A stretch of DNA of 64,000 bases, taken from Paragordius varius (Eukaryota; Animalia; Nematomorpha). Shown piece after piece: positions 1 to 13,000 of the stretch (the stretch's first letter is position 1; every line of letters starts with the position of its first letter). The notes under the pieces are model-generated. The model had not been told where the DNA came from. It did not search any database and was given only the letters and a program-made list of their open reading frames with translations. Position numbers and translations under genes: made by a program. Location: the NCBI GenBank assembly GCA_964247055.1, contig OZ176052.1:12400001-12464000 (forward strand), given 5' to 3'.

Positions 1-342
1 GCCAATATATAAGAGTTTTGCAGACTACAAAATTTAAATTTTATTTAGATATTATTTTGCTTGTAAATATAGTTTTTAATAATTTTGAATTCGTTTGGAA
101 CAAAACTTATAAATTTTACTAGCCTGCTATATGACATAAAATTGATATAGTCCTTATATACAGCCGAAAAAAGCACCATGAAAAAATGCGTCTTTCTCTC
201 AGAAGATATTTATTTAATTATGAATTTTTTTCCCGTTACTGTGCTGTGTTGCTCTACAGACCTTACAGTAATATTTAAATGTCAACTCAAATTATTACAA
301 TTTCTTACATATTCTTTTTAACAATGCCGCTGTTGTTTATAG

Positions 343-1369
343 ATCTTGCAAGCGTTATCGTACATTCACTCCAGATATGTTATTCATCGAGATATCAAAT
401 CCAACAATATCATGATTGATACCAATGGCACAGTTAAACTCAGTAATATATTTCATAAAGACAAATCTATCAAAATATTTTCACATATTCAATTTATAGG
501 AGAGCGAAAGCAAAAATTGATTAATAAATATTGGCATTTATAATTTGGTCATAACAATGTATTATTAACAAAAAAATTTAATTTATGTCTGTATCACATA
601 AATTAACGTACATGAATTAAACCCTAATATATTACTATAGTTGATTTTGGTCTATCCATTCATGCAAACAATATTTGTGTCAAGATAGCGGGCACACCCT
701 GCTACTTGGCAGAGGAAACCTATCTCTCTGGAATAATAACCTACAAAGGCGATATATGGGCCCTAGGCATCATTTGTATCGAGATGGTCGATGGGGAGAC
801 ACCTTATGCACATCTCCATGCCAGCCAGGTATTTTTATCGATTTGAATTCAAACTTTTATATTCTCTTGTTTTATTTATGTTAAATATGAACATCTATAT
901 TGTAAATTGTTAATAACTCACCTGTAAAATCAAATTTATTTACACGAGTTATTAACAATTTATCTGAAATTAAAAACTCTTACTCAAAATCTAAAATCTT
1001 TATGGAAATTGTTAGATCATGCAAAAAATGATTGTCCAAGGCAAACCATCAATTCCGTCTAGCAGCCTGGTATTCTACGATTTCATATCTCTGTGTTTGG
1101 AGGATGTATCAATACGTCCGTCAGCCGATAGACTTCTGGGGGTATGTATATTTATTACAATGCTATTTATTAATCAAATCAAATTTATTATGCAATCAAA
1201 CTCATTCATTATTTTGCAAAATGTTTAGCATCGTTATCTTGAAATAGCTGCTTCAAAAAAATGGCTTGGTCACATTGTAGCAACGCATAAAGTAACTTCA
1301 ACATTGAATGAACTTTTTTTTATAAAATATTCAACAAAAATTCAACATGTCCATATTTATGATAATTAA
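343..1369 (+). CDS. STE20/PAK-like Ser/Thr kinase, 3' four exons (343-442, 641-828, 1016-1141, 1229-1369); no 5' exons found, probably before the window
   Basis: The GT-AG spliced frame gives [20 protein letters not shown]|[35 protein letters not shown]|..RPSADRLLG|HRYL. These are kinase subdomains VIa-XI with PAK-like [10 protein letters not shown] and intron positions. The end of the last exon is uncertain. Confidence 0.85.
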
Positions 1370-2672
1370 TCGATCAACTAAAAAAAGAAGAAATGATATA
1401 GCTTCGATAATGATTTACACCTGCTCAATTTATTAGATTATAACGATTAATTAAAGTTTTTATTTTTGTTTTTTATATCACAATATGGGATCAATAACTA
1501 ATGTATCCTTTATCTAAATATAGTCAAAATTGAATTTGTGTACAAAAGCCTTTTTGAGCTCATATTTCTAGTTTTGAAACGTTTTCATAATCTGAAAAAT
1601 CAAAAAACTTTATTTGTATCAACTTTCCATGCGTTCTGTAAACTTTTTCGAATTACTACTTATCTTTTTAAATCTAAAAATATGTATTGTTATCAAACAG
1701 AACTTTTCAGAATCCGTAAATTCGAGTTTAAGGTCCAAAGAAAAAAAAGAAAAAAACAGAAAAAAGCAGCTCTTGAGTATTTTGGCTATGTTTCACTGTT
1801 TTGATTTTTTAAGGTATTAATATTAGTGAACTAGGATGTTAGAATCAATTAAAGATCCGGATATGATTATAAAATTAAGTAATTATAAAGCTTTTTTATA
1901 TGTGTGAATTAGGTACATCGAAACGCCAGCTAGTGTTAAATAGTGCTGTAAAGTCAATATTATATATAACGTTAGAACGATAAAATATTTATTATATGGT
2001 TGAAATTTTAAAAAAAATGTATGATAACATGTTTGTATTATTTTGGAAAAAATAATAAATACAAAAATAAAATAATTCACTTAATATTCAAAATTTCGTT
2101 TGGATAAATTTAAATGATTTTACATATAAAAATTTATCTAAATCAAACGCGGTTTTGTTTAATAATGTTTGAAGCTAATTCAACTGCTTTTACTTAACTA
2201 ATTATAGCCAAAATAGTCAAAAATCATTTTTTGTATTATTTTTACTTATATAGCTCCTGGCCCTCTATTTTTCCCGTTTTAAAAGCCTTTTATCGACTCT
2301 ACATTTTAATTTGACTCTCAAAAACGTCCATAAAGTACCCCAAATTTTATCATTCTATTCTTTTATTTTCTTATTGTGTTCGTTATGATTAACTTGATCA
2401 AATCAACTTTCTTCCTTCAAAAAACACATATTTTATTTATTTTTTTATAATAATTTAAAACTTTTAATTATAGCGCATAATACAAAAAATAAGTTGTTTG
2501 GGTTATATTAATTGAACTTTTATTAACATAATTGAATAATGTTTTTGAATTGGAAAATATAGCTCGAAACAAAATAAGAATATATTATATAATGATATAA
2601 GGGTTAAAACATAAAAAACAGTTGATAATTATTAGAAAGTAAATTTTTCATGAATATTTTTATGCATTAGAT

Positions 2673-2735
2673 CAGAGATTTGAACCCATCACATAATCAT
2701 AAAAACACACCAATCAATATACCAATAGAGCTATA
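2673..2735 (-). other. Degenerate tRNA-like / SINE-head fragment
   Basis: The minus strand reads TAGCTCTATTGG (A-box-like) ... GGGTTCAAATC (B-box-like) at tRNA-like spacing; no intact cloverleaf. Confidence 0.3.
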
Positions 2736-3469
2736 ATCAAAATTACAATGTATAAGCTTAAAGGCTAAAGAGTTAATAATTAACTTATTTGAAGATAATT
2801 ATATTGAAGTACCATTTTTACGGATTAACTAATTTGATGCAGACGCCATTTTATTCATCTCACATCGATTAACAAAAACACACAGTTTGATTTCGCCATT
2901 GAATGAACGAATTAAAAATCATCAAGTGACTAGTAAAATCCTGCTTTAACGCGACGAAAGAGATTATTTTAGCATCCAATTAGAATGGGATATGAGAAAT
3001 GGCTATTTTGTAAATCCAAACTGGAAATAATGTTGCTTTTATTTTGCCAAATCAGTCTATTAACATCAAAGCAAATCGCTTCGCCTATCTCTCATAAACT
3101 TTTGAACGAAAAAACCGCCAATAAATCTCCAACAAACGGACCGGAATTAGAAGATATAAAACATACAATGTCTCACATATTAAAATCAGTTAACATACCT
3201 TTCACATCCGCAGAATCCTAACCTACCGCCATACAAATTCGCATCAACGGAATATACCCTAACAAATAGTAATTCAATAACTTCGAAAACGTTGTAAAAT
3301 AGCTAGACAAATGTTTTTTATACATGTCCAAGACATTTCCCTATACCACAAATAAATACCCAATAAAATATAATAAAATTTTCAACATATTACTTAATTA
3401 AATCATGATCAAAAATTTTCGCTTTTATCCTATTTACAAAATGAAAAAATATCCTGATGTAATATATAT

Positions 3470-4105
3470 ATTTATAAAAATGGAAAATGCTGGCGTTGTG
3501 ATCTGTTTCCGGAAAACCGGTAGACCCATTCAAATCCAAATGTCAAAAAAATATAATCATTAATGAATGCCCCGACAATAGCTTCGCCCTTTTTTTGAAT
3601 TAGGCCCCCAGTACGGGCCCACCCCTTGTAAAAAACGGATTTTTTAAAAAAACAGATGTCCATCGTGTATTGAAACAATTTTCCGGACAACATGTTGGAT
3701 CATTCGATATCTATAATTCTTTTACATTTTTTCGATTGCGCCGAACATAGTCGGCTCGCCTTGTTAATTTAGGCCTCTTTTTACCCGCTCCTCCGGTAAA
3801 ATTTCATTTTTAAAAAAAATAAAAGTCTCCAAAAATAATTTTTGAATCTATTTTCGCCCTAAGTATAAGACCGTAAAATTGTAATGAGGATTCCAGGCAT
3901 TCCTATTTGGCTGCTGGGTAAGTAGATACCCGCTAAAAACTGCCCCGTCATATTAAAATAGCGTGCTTTTGGGGCTAAATTTCAGAAAACTTATCAGGCC
4001 ATACAAGTTCAAAATGACTTGAAATATTACCCGTAACAAGGCAAATTAGGCCGTGCAGTTTTTTAAAATTACCAGTTAATTAGGCCCTTCACGCCCAATG
4101 CGCCA
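3470..4105 (+). mobile_element. Non-autonomous Helitron-like element, 5' ~630 bp only (termini decayed)
   Basis: Collinear similarity to 25443-26090 and to the reverse complement of 39505-40196 (TATAAAAATGGAAAATGCTGG..GATCTGTTTCCGG..GGGCCCACCCC..). Confidence 0.7.
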
Positions 4106-4874
4106 TGTGCTTTTGGTTTTGAGCTTATGATCATTTAAGAAAAATATTGACACTTTTGTTCTAATTTTATAAAAAAAAACTGAAAAATTAAATCATCAAA
4201 TGTTTTAAATAAAGGAAATGGCTTCATTCTGAAAAAATAATAATATGGATCGTATCATTTGAGCTGTGCTTTGTTTATATTATAATTTTTTAATTTGATA
4301 TAAAAGTCTAAATTTTTGGATCCATTTAATGGGCTTTGCGCTATGATTTAAATACCATATTTTTTACAATCACAATTATAATTTAAAGATAAGGTTAAGC
4401 ATCATAAATGATGTCTAAATATATTTAAGTATCTAATTGTGTCTTACCGCTTTTTCAACATACTTCATGATAGAAATATACTGTAACTAAATCTGGTAAA
4501 ATAATCGCAACATAATTTTACTCAAAGTATTGACCTTATGCGCGATTACCCTATTTTTTAAGGTGGCAACCAAGGAATTATAACTCGCTCGCTTTATGAT
4601 GGTGCTATTATAATGGTTTTTAGTCAACTTTTTACTTTATATTTTAGTTTATATTTTTTTTTAATTTTTTACGTTTGACAATTAGCTGAATTATAATTGC
4701 ATATATAATAAAATAGTCATTTTTTTACCACCTTTCATGTTTTTGAGCGTCCGCGGTAAAATTGGCGCCATAATTATTTTAAATATTTTCATTTTCAACA
4801 GTTTTTCGAAAAATCTTGTCCCATATATTAATAAACTTTTTCGAAAATTCTTGTCCCATATATTAATGAACAAA

Positions 4875-5570
4875 ATCTTCTGCAGTAATAATTGGGGGTG
4901 GCCAATAACTGGAGGTAAGTTTGGGATCTCGAAATTTGAATACTGGAAATTCAGTGTATTTTGCATGTATTGTGTCCATACATTTTGGATGCTAAGAGTG
5001 TCAGTAACTGTGATGTTATTTTTATCTTTTATGGCTTTCACTACCCGAATATCTTTTTTATTATTATTAATATTTTTTAGTGTTCCTTCAAGTTTTTTAG
5101 CCATTTCCAAACATCTTTCATTCATTTTGTCAGCTATTATTTTCTTTACCCTTTTTTAACCATTATATAAAAATGTTTGTCATCATCATGTTTAGAAGCT
5201 TTCCATTTCTTAAAGGCATCTCTTTTCTCATCCAATAAGGGTTTAATATCGCTTTGCCACCACCATTGAGATTTTGTTTTGATGCGTTTTCTTCCGCAGA
5301 TTTTGGAAATGTTTGAGAGAAGGGTGTTTTAGAGATGCTCCCAGCCGTCATGAACGTTGTTAGGGGAATGTTTTAATTCAGGTGTGTTTTGATTGATGTA
5401 TTGATGCTTTTGCTTTGTTTTAGGATCATTAAGTTTTGCAACGTTAAGTTGCGGCAATTTTTTAGGGATAGGTCGGTTCTTATTTTTTTGTGTTTTCCAC
5501 AGTACTATGGATTTTATAAAGTTGTGTAAAACTATGTTTTCATTATACATGACAAAATATTATCTTCATT
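4875..5570 (-). mobile_element. Inverted partial copy of the RTE element (left arm of the palindrome)
   Basis: Reverse complement of ~6985-7702. Confidence 0.85.
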
Positions 5571-7702
5571 ATAGGCAATATCTAACTTGATTTCAAAAAT
5601 ATTTGCTAAACATTACATATTTTGTATATATTGTTAGGGAGCACGCGATTTTCTGAGTTTGACCAAATATAAAAATATGTCCTTTAAAGTCATAATTTAT
5701 TTGTATAAACAGACTGACGATTATTAGTATGTCAGTTTAATTACCCTAAATTTTGCTGATAAGCTTCTCGTAAAATTGAAATTTGCATCTATAGTTCTAT
5801 TATATATTATTGGTAATAAATGGGCCTGTAGTGTTTTGAAAACTTGTTTACACCCTACAAAATAATTTTACAGAAGCTGGAGGGAAACTAAATTGTATTT
5901 AATGGCAAAATTCTTGTTCCATATATTAATAAACAAAAAATTTTTACTTGGATTTTGAATAGACCCATACACTTTCCCAATCCACATTATACATTTTTTA
6001 ATTGTATATAATATATAAAATTCACTATTTTTATAATAAAGAAGTTGAATACTAGTTTATAGTTTATGTTATAGGCAAAATCTTAATTATCGTACAGACT
6101 AGATCGCACCCTTGACAAGACCAGCTAATAAACATATGATAAATTTTTAAGCGTTAAATAGGAGTTTTATTACATCTGGATAAAGTTTAAGTTAGATTTT
6201 GGGTATATTTTTTGTTTTCTGATATATACCATTTACAGTTCAAATTCACCCTTGAACAATCACCTTTGAACAATTCAAATTCACCCTAAAAATAAATTAT
6301 GTGTTCTCGAACTAATATAACTTATATATATCAGAAAACAAAAAATACACCCAAAATCTAACTTAAACTTTATCCAGATGTAATAAAACTCCTATTTAAC
6401 GCTTAAAAATTTTCATCATATGTTTATTAGCTGGTCTTGTCAAGGGTGCGATCTAGTCTGTACGATAGTTAAGATTTTGACTATAACATAAACTATAAAC
6501 TAGTATTCAACTTCTTTACTATATAAATAGTGAATTTAATATATTATATACAATTAAAAAATGTATAATGTGGATGGGGAAAGTGTATAGGTTTATTCAA
6601 AATCCAGGTAAAAATTTTTTGTTCATTAATATATGGAACAAGAATTTTGCCATTAAATACAATTTAGTTTCCCTCCAGCTTCTGTAAAATTATTTAATAG
6701 GGTGTAAACAAGTTTTCAAAACACTACAGGCCCATTTATTACAATAATTTATAATAGAACTATAGACGCAAATTTCAATTTTACGATAAGCTTATCAGCA
6801 AAATTTAGGGTAATTAAACTGACATACTAATAATCGTCAGTCTGTTTATACAAATAAATTATGACTTTAAAGGACATATTTTTATATTTGGTCAAACTCA
6901 GAAAATCGCGTGCTCCCCAACAATATATACAAATGTAATATTTAGCAAATATTTTTGAAATCAAGTTAGATATTGCCTATAATTAAGATAATATTTTGTC
7001 ATGTATAATGAAAACATAGTTTTACACAACTTTATAAAATCCATAGTACTGTGGAAAACACAAAAAAATAAGAACCGACCTATCCCTAAAAAATTGCCGC
7101 AACTTAACGTTGCAAAACTTAATGATCCTAAAACAAAGCAAAAGCATCAATACATCAATCAAAACACACCTGAATTAAAACATTCCCCTAACAACGTTCA
7201 TGACGGCTGGGAGCATCTCAAAAACACCCTTCTATCAAACGTTTCCAAAATCTGCGGAAGAAAACGTACCAAAACAAAATCTCAATGGTGGTGAAAGCGA
7301 TATTAAACCCTTATTGGATGAGAAAAGAGATGCCTTTAAGAAATGGAAAGCTTCTTAACATGATGATGACAAACATTTTTACATAATGGTTAAAAAAAGA
7401 GTAAAGAAAATAATAGCTGACAAAATGAATAAAAGATGCTTGAATATGGCCAAAAACTTGAAGGAGAAATTAAAAACTTAAAAGTTTTTAAAACACTAAA
7501 AAATATTAATAATAATAAAAAAGATATTCAGGTAGTGAAAGCCATAAAAGATAAAAATAACAACACAGTTACTGACAATTTTAGTATTCAAAATGTATGG
7601 ACACAATACATGCAAAAAACTCTGAATTTCCAGCATTTAAACGTCAAGACACCAAACTTACCTCCAATTATTGGGCCACCCCCAATCATTGCTGCAGAAG
7701 AT
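4875..7702. repeat. Large inverted duplication (foldback): arms 4875-6228 and 6325-7702, 96-bp spacer
   Basis: Direct base-by-base reverse-complement match of the arms. The ORF track gives identical 73-aa translations at 5329-5550(-) and 7001-7222(+). Confidence 0.95.
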
Positions 7703-9163
7703 ATGAGTTTAGCCATGCAAAAATGTAAAATTAATAAAGCACCTGGCACGGAAATCAAAACTGAAATGCACAAAAATATTTCTGAAGCAATTACCTCTTT
7801 CACAATAATGGAGGAAAAAAAAACCAAACGACTGGTACCAAAGTGTTATAATTCCAATATATAAAAAAGAAGTGCGCCTCCTACAGACCATTAAAATTAC
7901 TTAAACACGCAACCAAATTATTCAAAATTATAATAGAAAGGAAAATGCGTCAGCTTTGCTCGAACTTGGTGTCACCACCTTTGACGCCATATTCAATTTT
8001 AGAAGGTTACAAGAGAACAGATGCAAAAATAAAAATCACATCTTTATTGATTTAAGCAGTACATTCGACTGCATCCCGTGCTCCATGATAATTTCGGAAT
8101 GGATAATAAAAACAATAAATTTACTATATGAGAACACCATGATTTGTGTGAGAACTCCCGTGGGAGATACCAATCGATTCCCAGTGATTTTCGGCCTACA
8201 CCAGGGTTTCATTCTCAGTCCATTAAAATTTATCATTATTATGGATGTAATAATTGATAATATAAAAAAATGTTTACCTTCCGAAATGCTGTGTGCTGAC
8301 GACATAATACTAACAGCCACCAGCGAAACAGCCAAAATCAATAAATATAACCTCTGAATATCTACGTTAAAAAGATTTAGTCTCAAAATGAACACAGATA
8401 AAAAGGCATCAGAGGCTAACATGTACCTATAAAATTCCCTTGCTCCATTTTTAAATCTAAAACTTAATTCCATCAAATGCACTAAATGCCAACTGTGGGT
8501 CACACTCACAAATTAAAAGAAACTTAAGCATTGAAAATATATGTAAAAATTGTGCAACACCATATATAAACCCAGACAGTCCCACGAAAACTCCCTACCT
8601 CCTATCTACAAACATGGATAAACAAGTACAATTACCTGGGTGACACAATATCTGATATCAATATTAACGCCATAACATCACGAACACATCAAGCTTGGGC
8701 CAAATTTCATTTACTCAAGTATATTATGAAACACAAACATATTTAAAACCCAAACAAGGGCATCTACACGATTGGCATTAGTCCTGGTTAATGAAAATAA
8801 ATTATGTGGAATAGAAAGAAAAATCAACTCATGTCTCACCAATCAGTACCACAATTATAAAACAAATAATAATAAAAGCATGCATATTCTGTTTTGAATC
8901 CCACTTATATCTTCTTTTCTCAGAATCGTCTCATACTGGGGCCATATTGAACGCTCAAACGGTTGGATTTACAAATGAGATCCTTTCATCCGAACGGCAA
9001 TTTAAGCCGAAGCAAACCATATCATGATTGGGAAAAAACAATCAGCCATGACCTAAACTTACCTCAATTGACCAAAGACGACTGTCTCGATCGCAAGTTA
9101 TTTCGCTTAAAAATTCGGAAGCTAGCTAATGCTGGAGAAACAACGGCCTGATGATGAGGATAT
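6985..9163 (+). mobile_element. 5'-truncated, frameshifted RTE-clade non-LTR retrotransposon
   Basis: RT motifs FIDLSSTFDCIP, GLHQGFILSPLKF and LCADDIIL (YADD to CADD); post-endonuclease ..KSQWW..; C-terminal GNLSRSKP..W..I..DL; TGATGATG tail at ~9149-9156. Confidence 0.88.
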
Positions 9164-9832
9164 TAGGGTTGTGCAATTGACTGCTTTTTCAAAAAAGTCC
9201 GGTCAGACCCAGTCAGACCATGGTCATGATCACTTTTTTAAGTAAATATCACGCGATATTGGATTGTGAATATAAAGTTCAAACGACTTGAATTTAGATT
9301 TTTTTAAATTTGTATTATACTTTTTGATATTATTATTTACAAATATTTTCAATCAAATTCAATCACAAATTTTGTTTCCAAATAAATTCACATGTTTGTG
9401 GCCTTCAGAATCTTCCAATACATAGCTTAAAATACCGGATATTACAAATTTTTAACTAGTTTGTTTTACACCTTTTTTCATAAATTATATAATTATAAAA
9501 TGTTTACTAATTTTATTGGTTCTAAATCACATATATATAAGTGCATATTTTGCAAAGTGCCTGGTTGTTTTGTGAAATAACTGGATATGCTTAAATAATG
9601 TTATAAGGATGCATATTTAACAATTTTATATTGTCAAATAATCATATTAAAATATTATTTTAGAAATTATATTAAAAAACAATAAAATCTTAATATCTTT
9701 CTTCAAAAAAAATATCAGTATTTTCAAAAAACAGCTGTTTTTTAAAAATGACCAAAGACAAAAAATAAATAGTCACTGACCAAGTCATGACCTGGTCAAT
9801 TGACAGGTCATGACTTGGTCAGCACAACCCTA
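9164..9832. mobile_element. hAT-like MITE (669 bp)
   Basis: 11-bp TIR TAGGGTTGTGC/GCACAACCCTA; 8-bp TSD GAGGATAT/GAGGATAA; subterminal GGTCA/TGACC repeats. Confidence 0.85.
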
Positions 9833-10045
9833 GAGGATAATATGTGCATCATTTATGTTGAAGTGTGAAATTGTATTAATATATATTCATACATGCCCGC
9901 GGGAAAAAAGTTGGCCACCCCCGCTATATATTAGCTACAAAATTAAATACATATTTATTAGAATTAATAAATTATTATTAAAATAGTAAATAAATTAGGG
10001 TCCGTATAATTAATGTTCCTCTTGATATATAATTGCTAAAAGAGA

Positions 10046-13000
10046 TTACAATGTTTGTAATATTTGTTTGGCGGCTTCCAATGTTTCAGGCTTCTAAAAG
10101 ATAAAGTTAAATTTTTAAGGATTACTTTGAAAAAGCAAAATCGAATATATTTCTCGCCAATGTCTTTGTGTTCATTGCTGTAGAATGCTGAGCATGGAAT
10201 GGTCGCTAATTTCTAATATATAATAAATTTTTAGGGCAAAACATCTTAAAATGGTGATACAAATACAGAAAAAACTCATCTCTGATTATTTAAAAAATAT
10301 ATAGGATTGACATTATATTATGCTATGTACATTTTGGCATACTTGTTAATCAAAAACAACAAATAATAAAATTTAACATTACATGTTTTCAATTAAAACC
10401 CAGATATTGAAATAGAAAAAGGGGAAATTATATTTAAATTTAGCCATAGATTTACTAATAGAATTAAGTTAAGCCCAAAAGAAAATTTTTAATCGTTTAT
10501 CTGTCATATTGCCTTTTATGTTTTACGACTTATTAGTTTTAATATTTTAATTTTTGCACTAATATGTTTATTTAAAACTAAAAAAAATTAAAAAATCGGA
10601 GTAATATTGAAAATAAATAAATATTTAATAGATAACTATTCAAAATATAGCGATATAGGATTAATTAGATAACTAAAAATTTGGTTCAGAGTATTATTAA
10701 AATTATAATAACTTTTTTGAACGGTCAAGCAATAATTTCTTGGCATAAAAACTCATGGATAAAAGCAACTGAGAAGCAATTTAAATATTCAATCAAATTA
10801 ATTTTTCTTAATCGAGCTTTTGTCCTAAGTGTTAATAAACAAGTCAAACATTTAATCATTAAAATATAATCAACCCCCCCCCGGCCCCCAAAAAACATAT
10901 TACATACATCATTAATATTCTATGAAAATAAAATACCCGTTCATTACATAACCATTCACAAAATGCTTCATCCTTTAAATCCGTGTGATTTGTGTAACCA
11001 CCATTCATTAGTTTTTCATCATCTTTTTTAGAATTAAAATTTTTGGGAAAAGAAAGTTTATCAGCAAAATTGGTCCAATCAGCCACAACAAAGTAACCGC
11101 CCTCAGGCAGATAAGCCTTAAATCCCGTCTCCCCCAATAACTGTATAAAGGAATTGCGTTTCGCTTCTAAAGCATCACAAGTTTGACGAAAATAGGATTG
11201 CGGGCTATTTAACAAAGGTAACTCCTTCTCAAAACTGATTGCACTTATTTCCTATCAGCAAAGAAAATATTAAGTGAAATAAAAGGAAAAACGTTAAAAA
11301 TGATTTATTTTTTTGAATGAATTAGGCATATTAAAATTATTCATAAAATGTAATTTTTTCTAGGTACTATTACATTATTTAAGATATAAAAATAGTTAAA
11401 AATAAAAAAGTAAGGAGATAAAAGCTTATTTTGATTTATAAAATTAAGCAAATGGGCTGTTTTTTATATAAATAATAATCAAGATTCAAGGCTATTTAAG
11501 AAATGTAACTCCTTCTCAAAACTCATTGCATTCATACGAGAATAAATTAATTTATATTTAACACTGGTAATATTATTTAGTTAGGGAGAGTAATTTCTTA
11601 TTTAGTATATAAGAGATTATAAAATAAATGATAAATAGTTTTCTGCCCACAGAGCTATTTTGCCTTTGATTTATAAATATCTATGGAAATCATATCATAT
11701 TAATTAAATAAATTTATCGATTAAAAATATCTTTTTATTGAATATATCCTTTAAAAATTTCAATTTTTTAAAAAAATAACTTAAAACAAAACCTGCAAAA
11801 GTGTAGGAGAAGTGTAAAGAGAGTTTTGACTTACGACTTGGCATTTGTCAACCAAATAATCAGGTCCTATGGTCCAACCCAACTTCATAAATTTTTATAT
11901 AAATACAGTAAAAATCAAAATTTTGAAGATAAAACATGAAAAACGCTTTTAACCAAAAAAAAACCATAATTTTCAAACGTTAAAACCTATCATTTTTGAT
12001 TTTAAAAACAAGGAATAAAGTAAATTGGTACCACTAATTTTTATATCAATTGTAATCGATATAAGTCATAACAAAATATTGATTGCTTAAATTACTTTTT
12101 TTACTTTTTATGCGCTATTTCCATTATTTTAATTTTTACTATATATTTCAATTTTGTTTAAGCAAAAAACCCAAAAACATATATAAGTTACCTTAAAACC
12201 GGTGGCATTAAATGTTTTCCCAAGGCTACCAATTGTAATTGTTCGTTCCCACATACCCGGTAAAGTAGCTATAAAATAAATTTATAAAAGAACTTCAATT
12301 TCTGAATTGATTTGAACAGTTTTTATAATGGTAATTTATTTAAATGATTAACATTTAAAGAATATATAATACCTATAGATATGTGTTTATTGGGTTCATA
12401 AACTAGCCATTCATATACCTCATCCGAGATGACCATAACATTGTATTTCTTGCAAAGTTCCGCTATTTTAGTCAATTCCTCCAAACTAAAAACCTAAATA
12501 ATTTATTTTGAAATTGATAAATGGTGTAAAATAATTTTTTTAAAATATACAGTATGCATTTTAATGGTTGTTTATTTCACACTATAGTTGGGGCAATTTA
12601 CAACTCAGGCGTGTATGGAAAAAAGAAAGGATATAATAGTTTATTCAACATTTTGTTGTTTTTTCCATACACTCTTGTGTTAATCGCCCTACTATAGTGT
12701 GAAATAAGCATTATTAAAAATGCATACTGTACTTTAAATATTTTACTCAAAAAACCAAATAAAATCATTCAAATATTATGGATTATAAATTTTTTTAAAA
12801 TGCTTATAAAGTTTATTGAAATAACTTTTCCCAAAGGGTTATTGGGTGTGTTTATAATAAGCGCTTTAGTTTTAGCACTAAATTTTGATTCAAATTCATT
12901 CCAATCCAATTTCCAATCAGCACTTGATAACGGTTTGTTATCACTCTTATTTATCTAAATTGAAAAAACAGAATTTAAATAATCACAAATTTAAATCAAA

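Noticed and set aside
2830-3260. Slightly GC-richer stretch with ORF 2985-3221 as a gene or RT remnant
   Set aside because: No recognisable motif or consistent splice structure.
3472-3693. Three similar short ORFs (3472-3693, 25349-25591, 39957-40187; ..KKGEAI..NDYIF..) as a small gene family
   Set aside because: They are chance antisense frames in copies of the same non-autonomous Helitron; indels shift frame between copies.
4737-5159. Hydrophobic ORFs 4737-5159(+), 7588-7827(-), 8036-8509(-) and 23822-24226(-) as membrane proteins
   Set aside because: Antisense shadows of Lys/Asn-rich retroelement frames.
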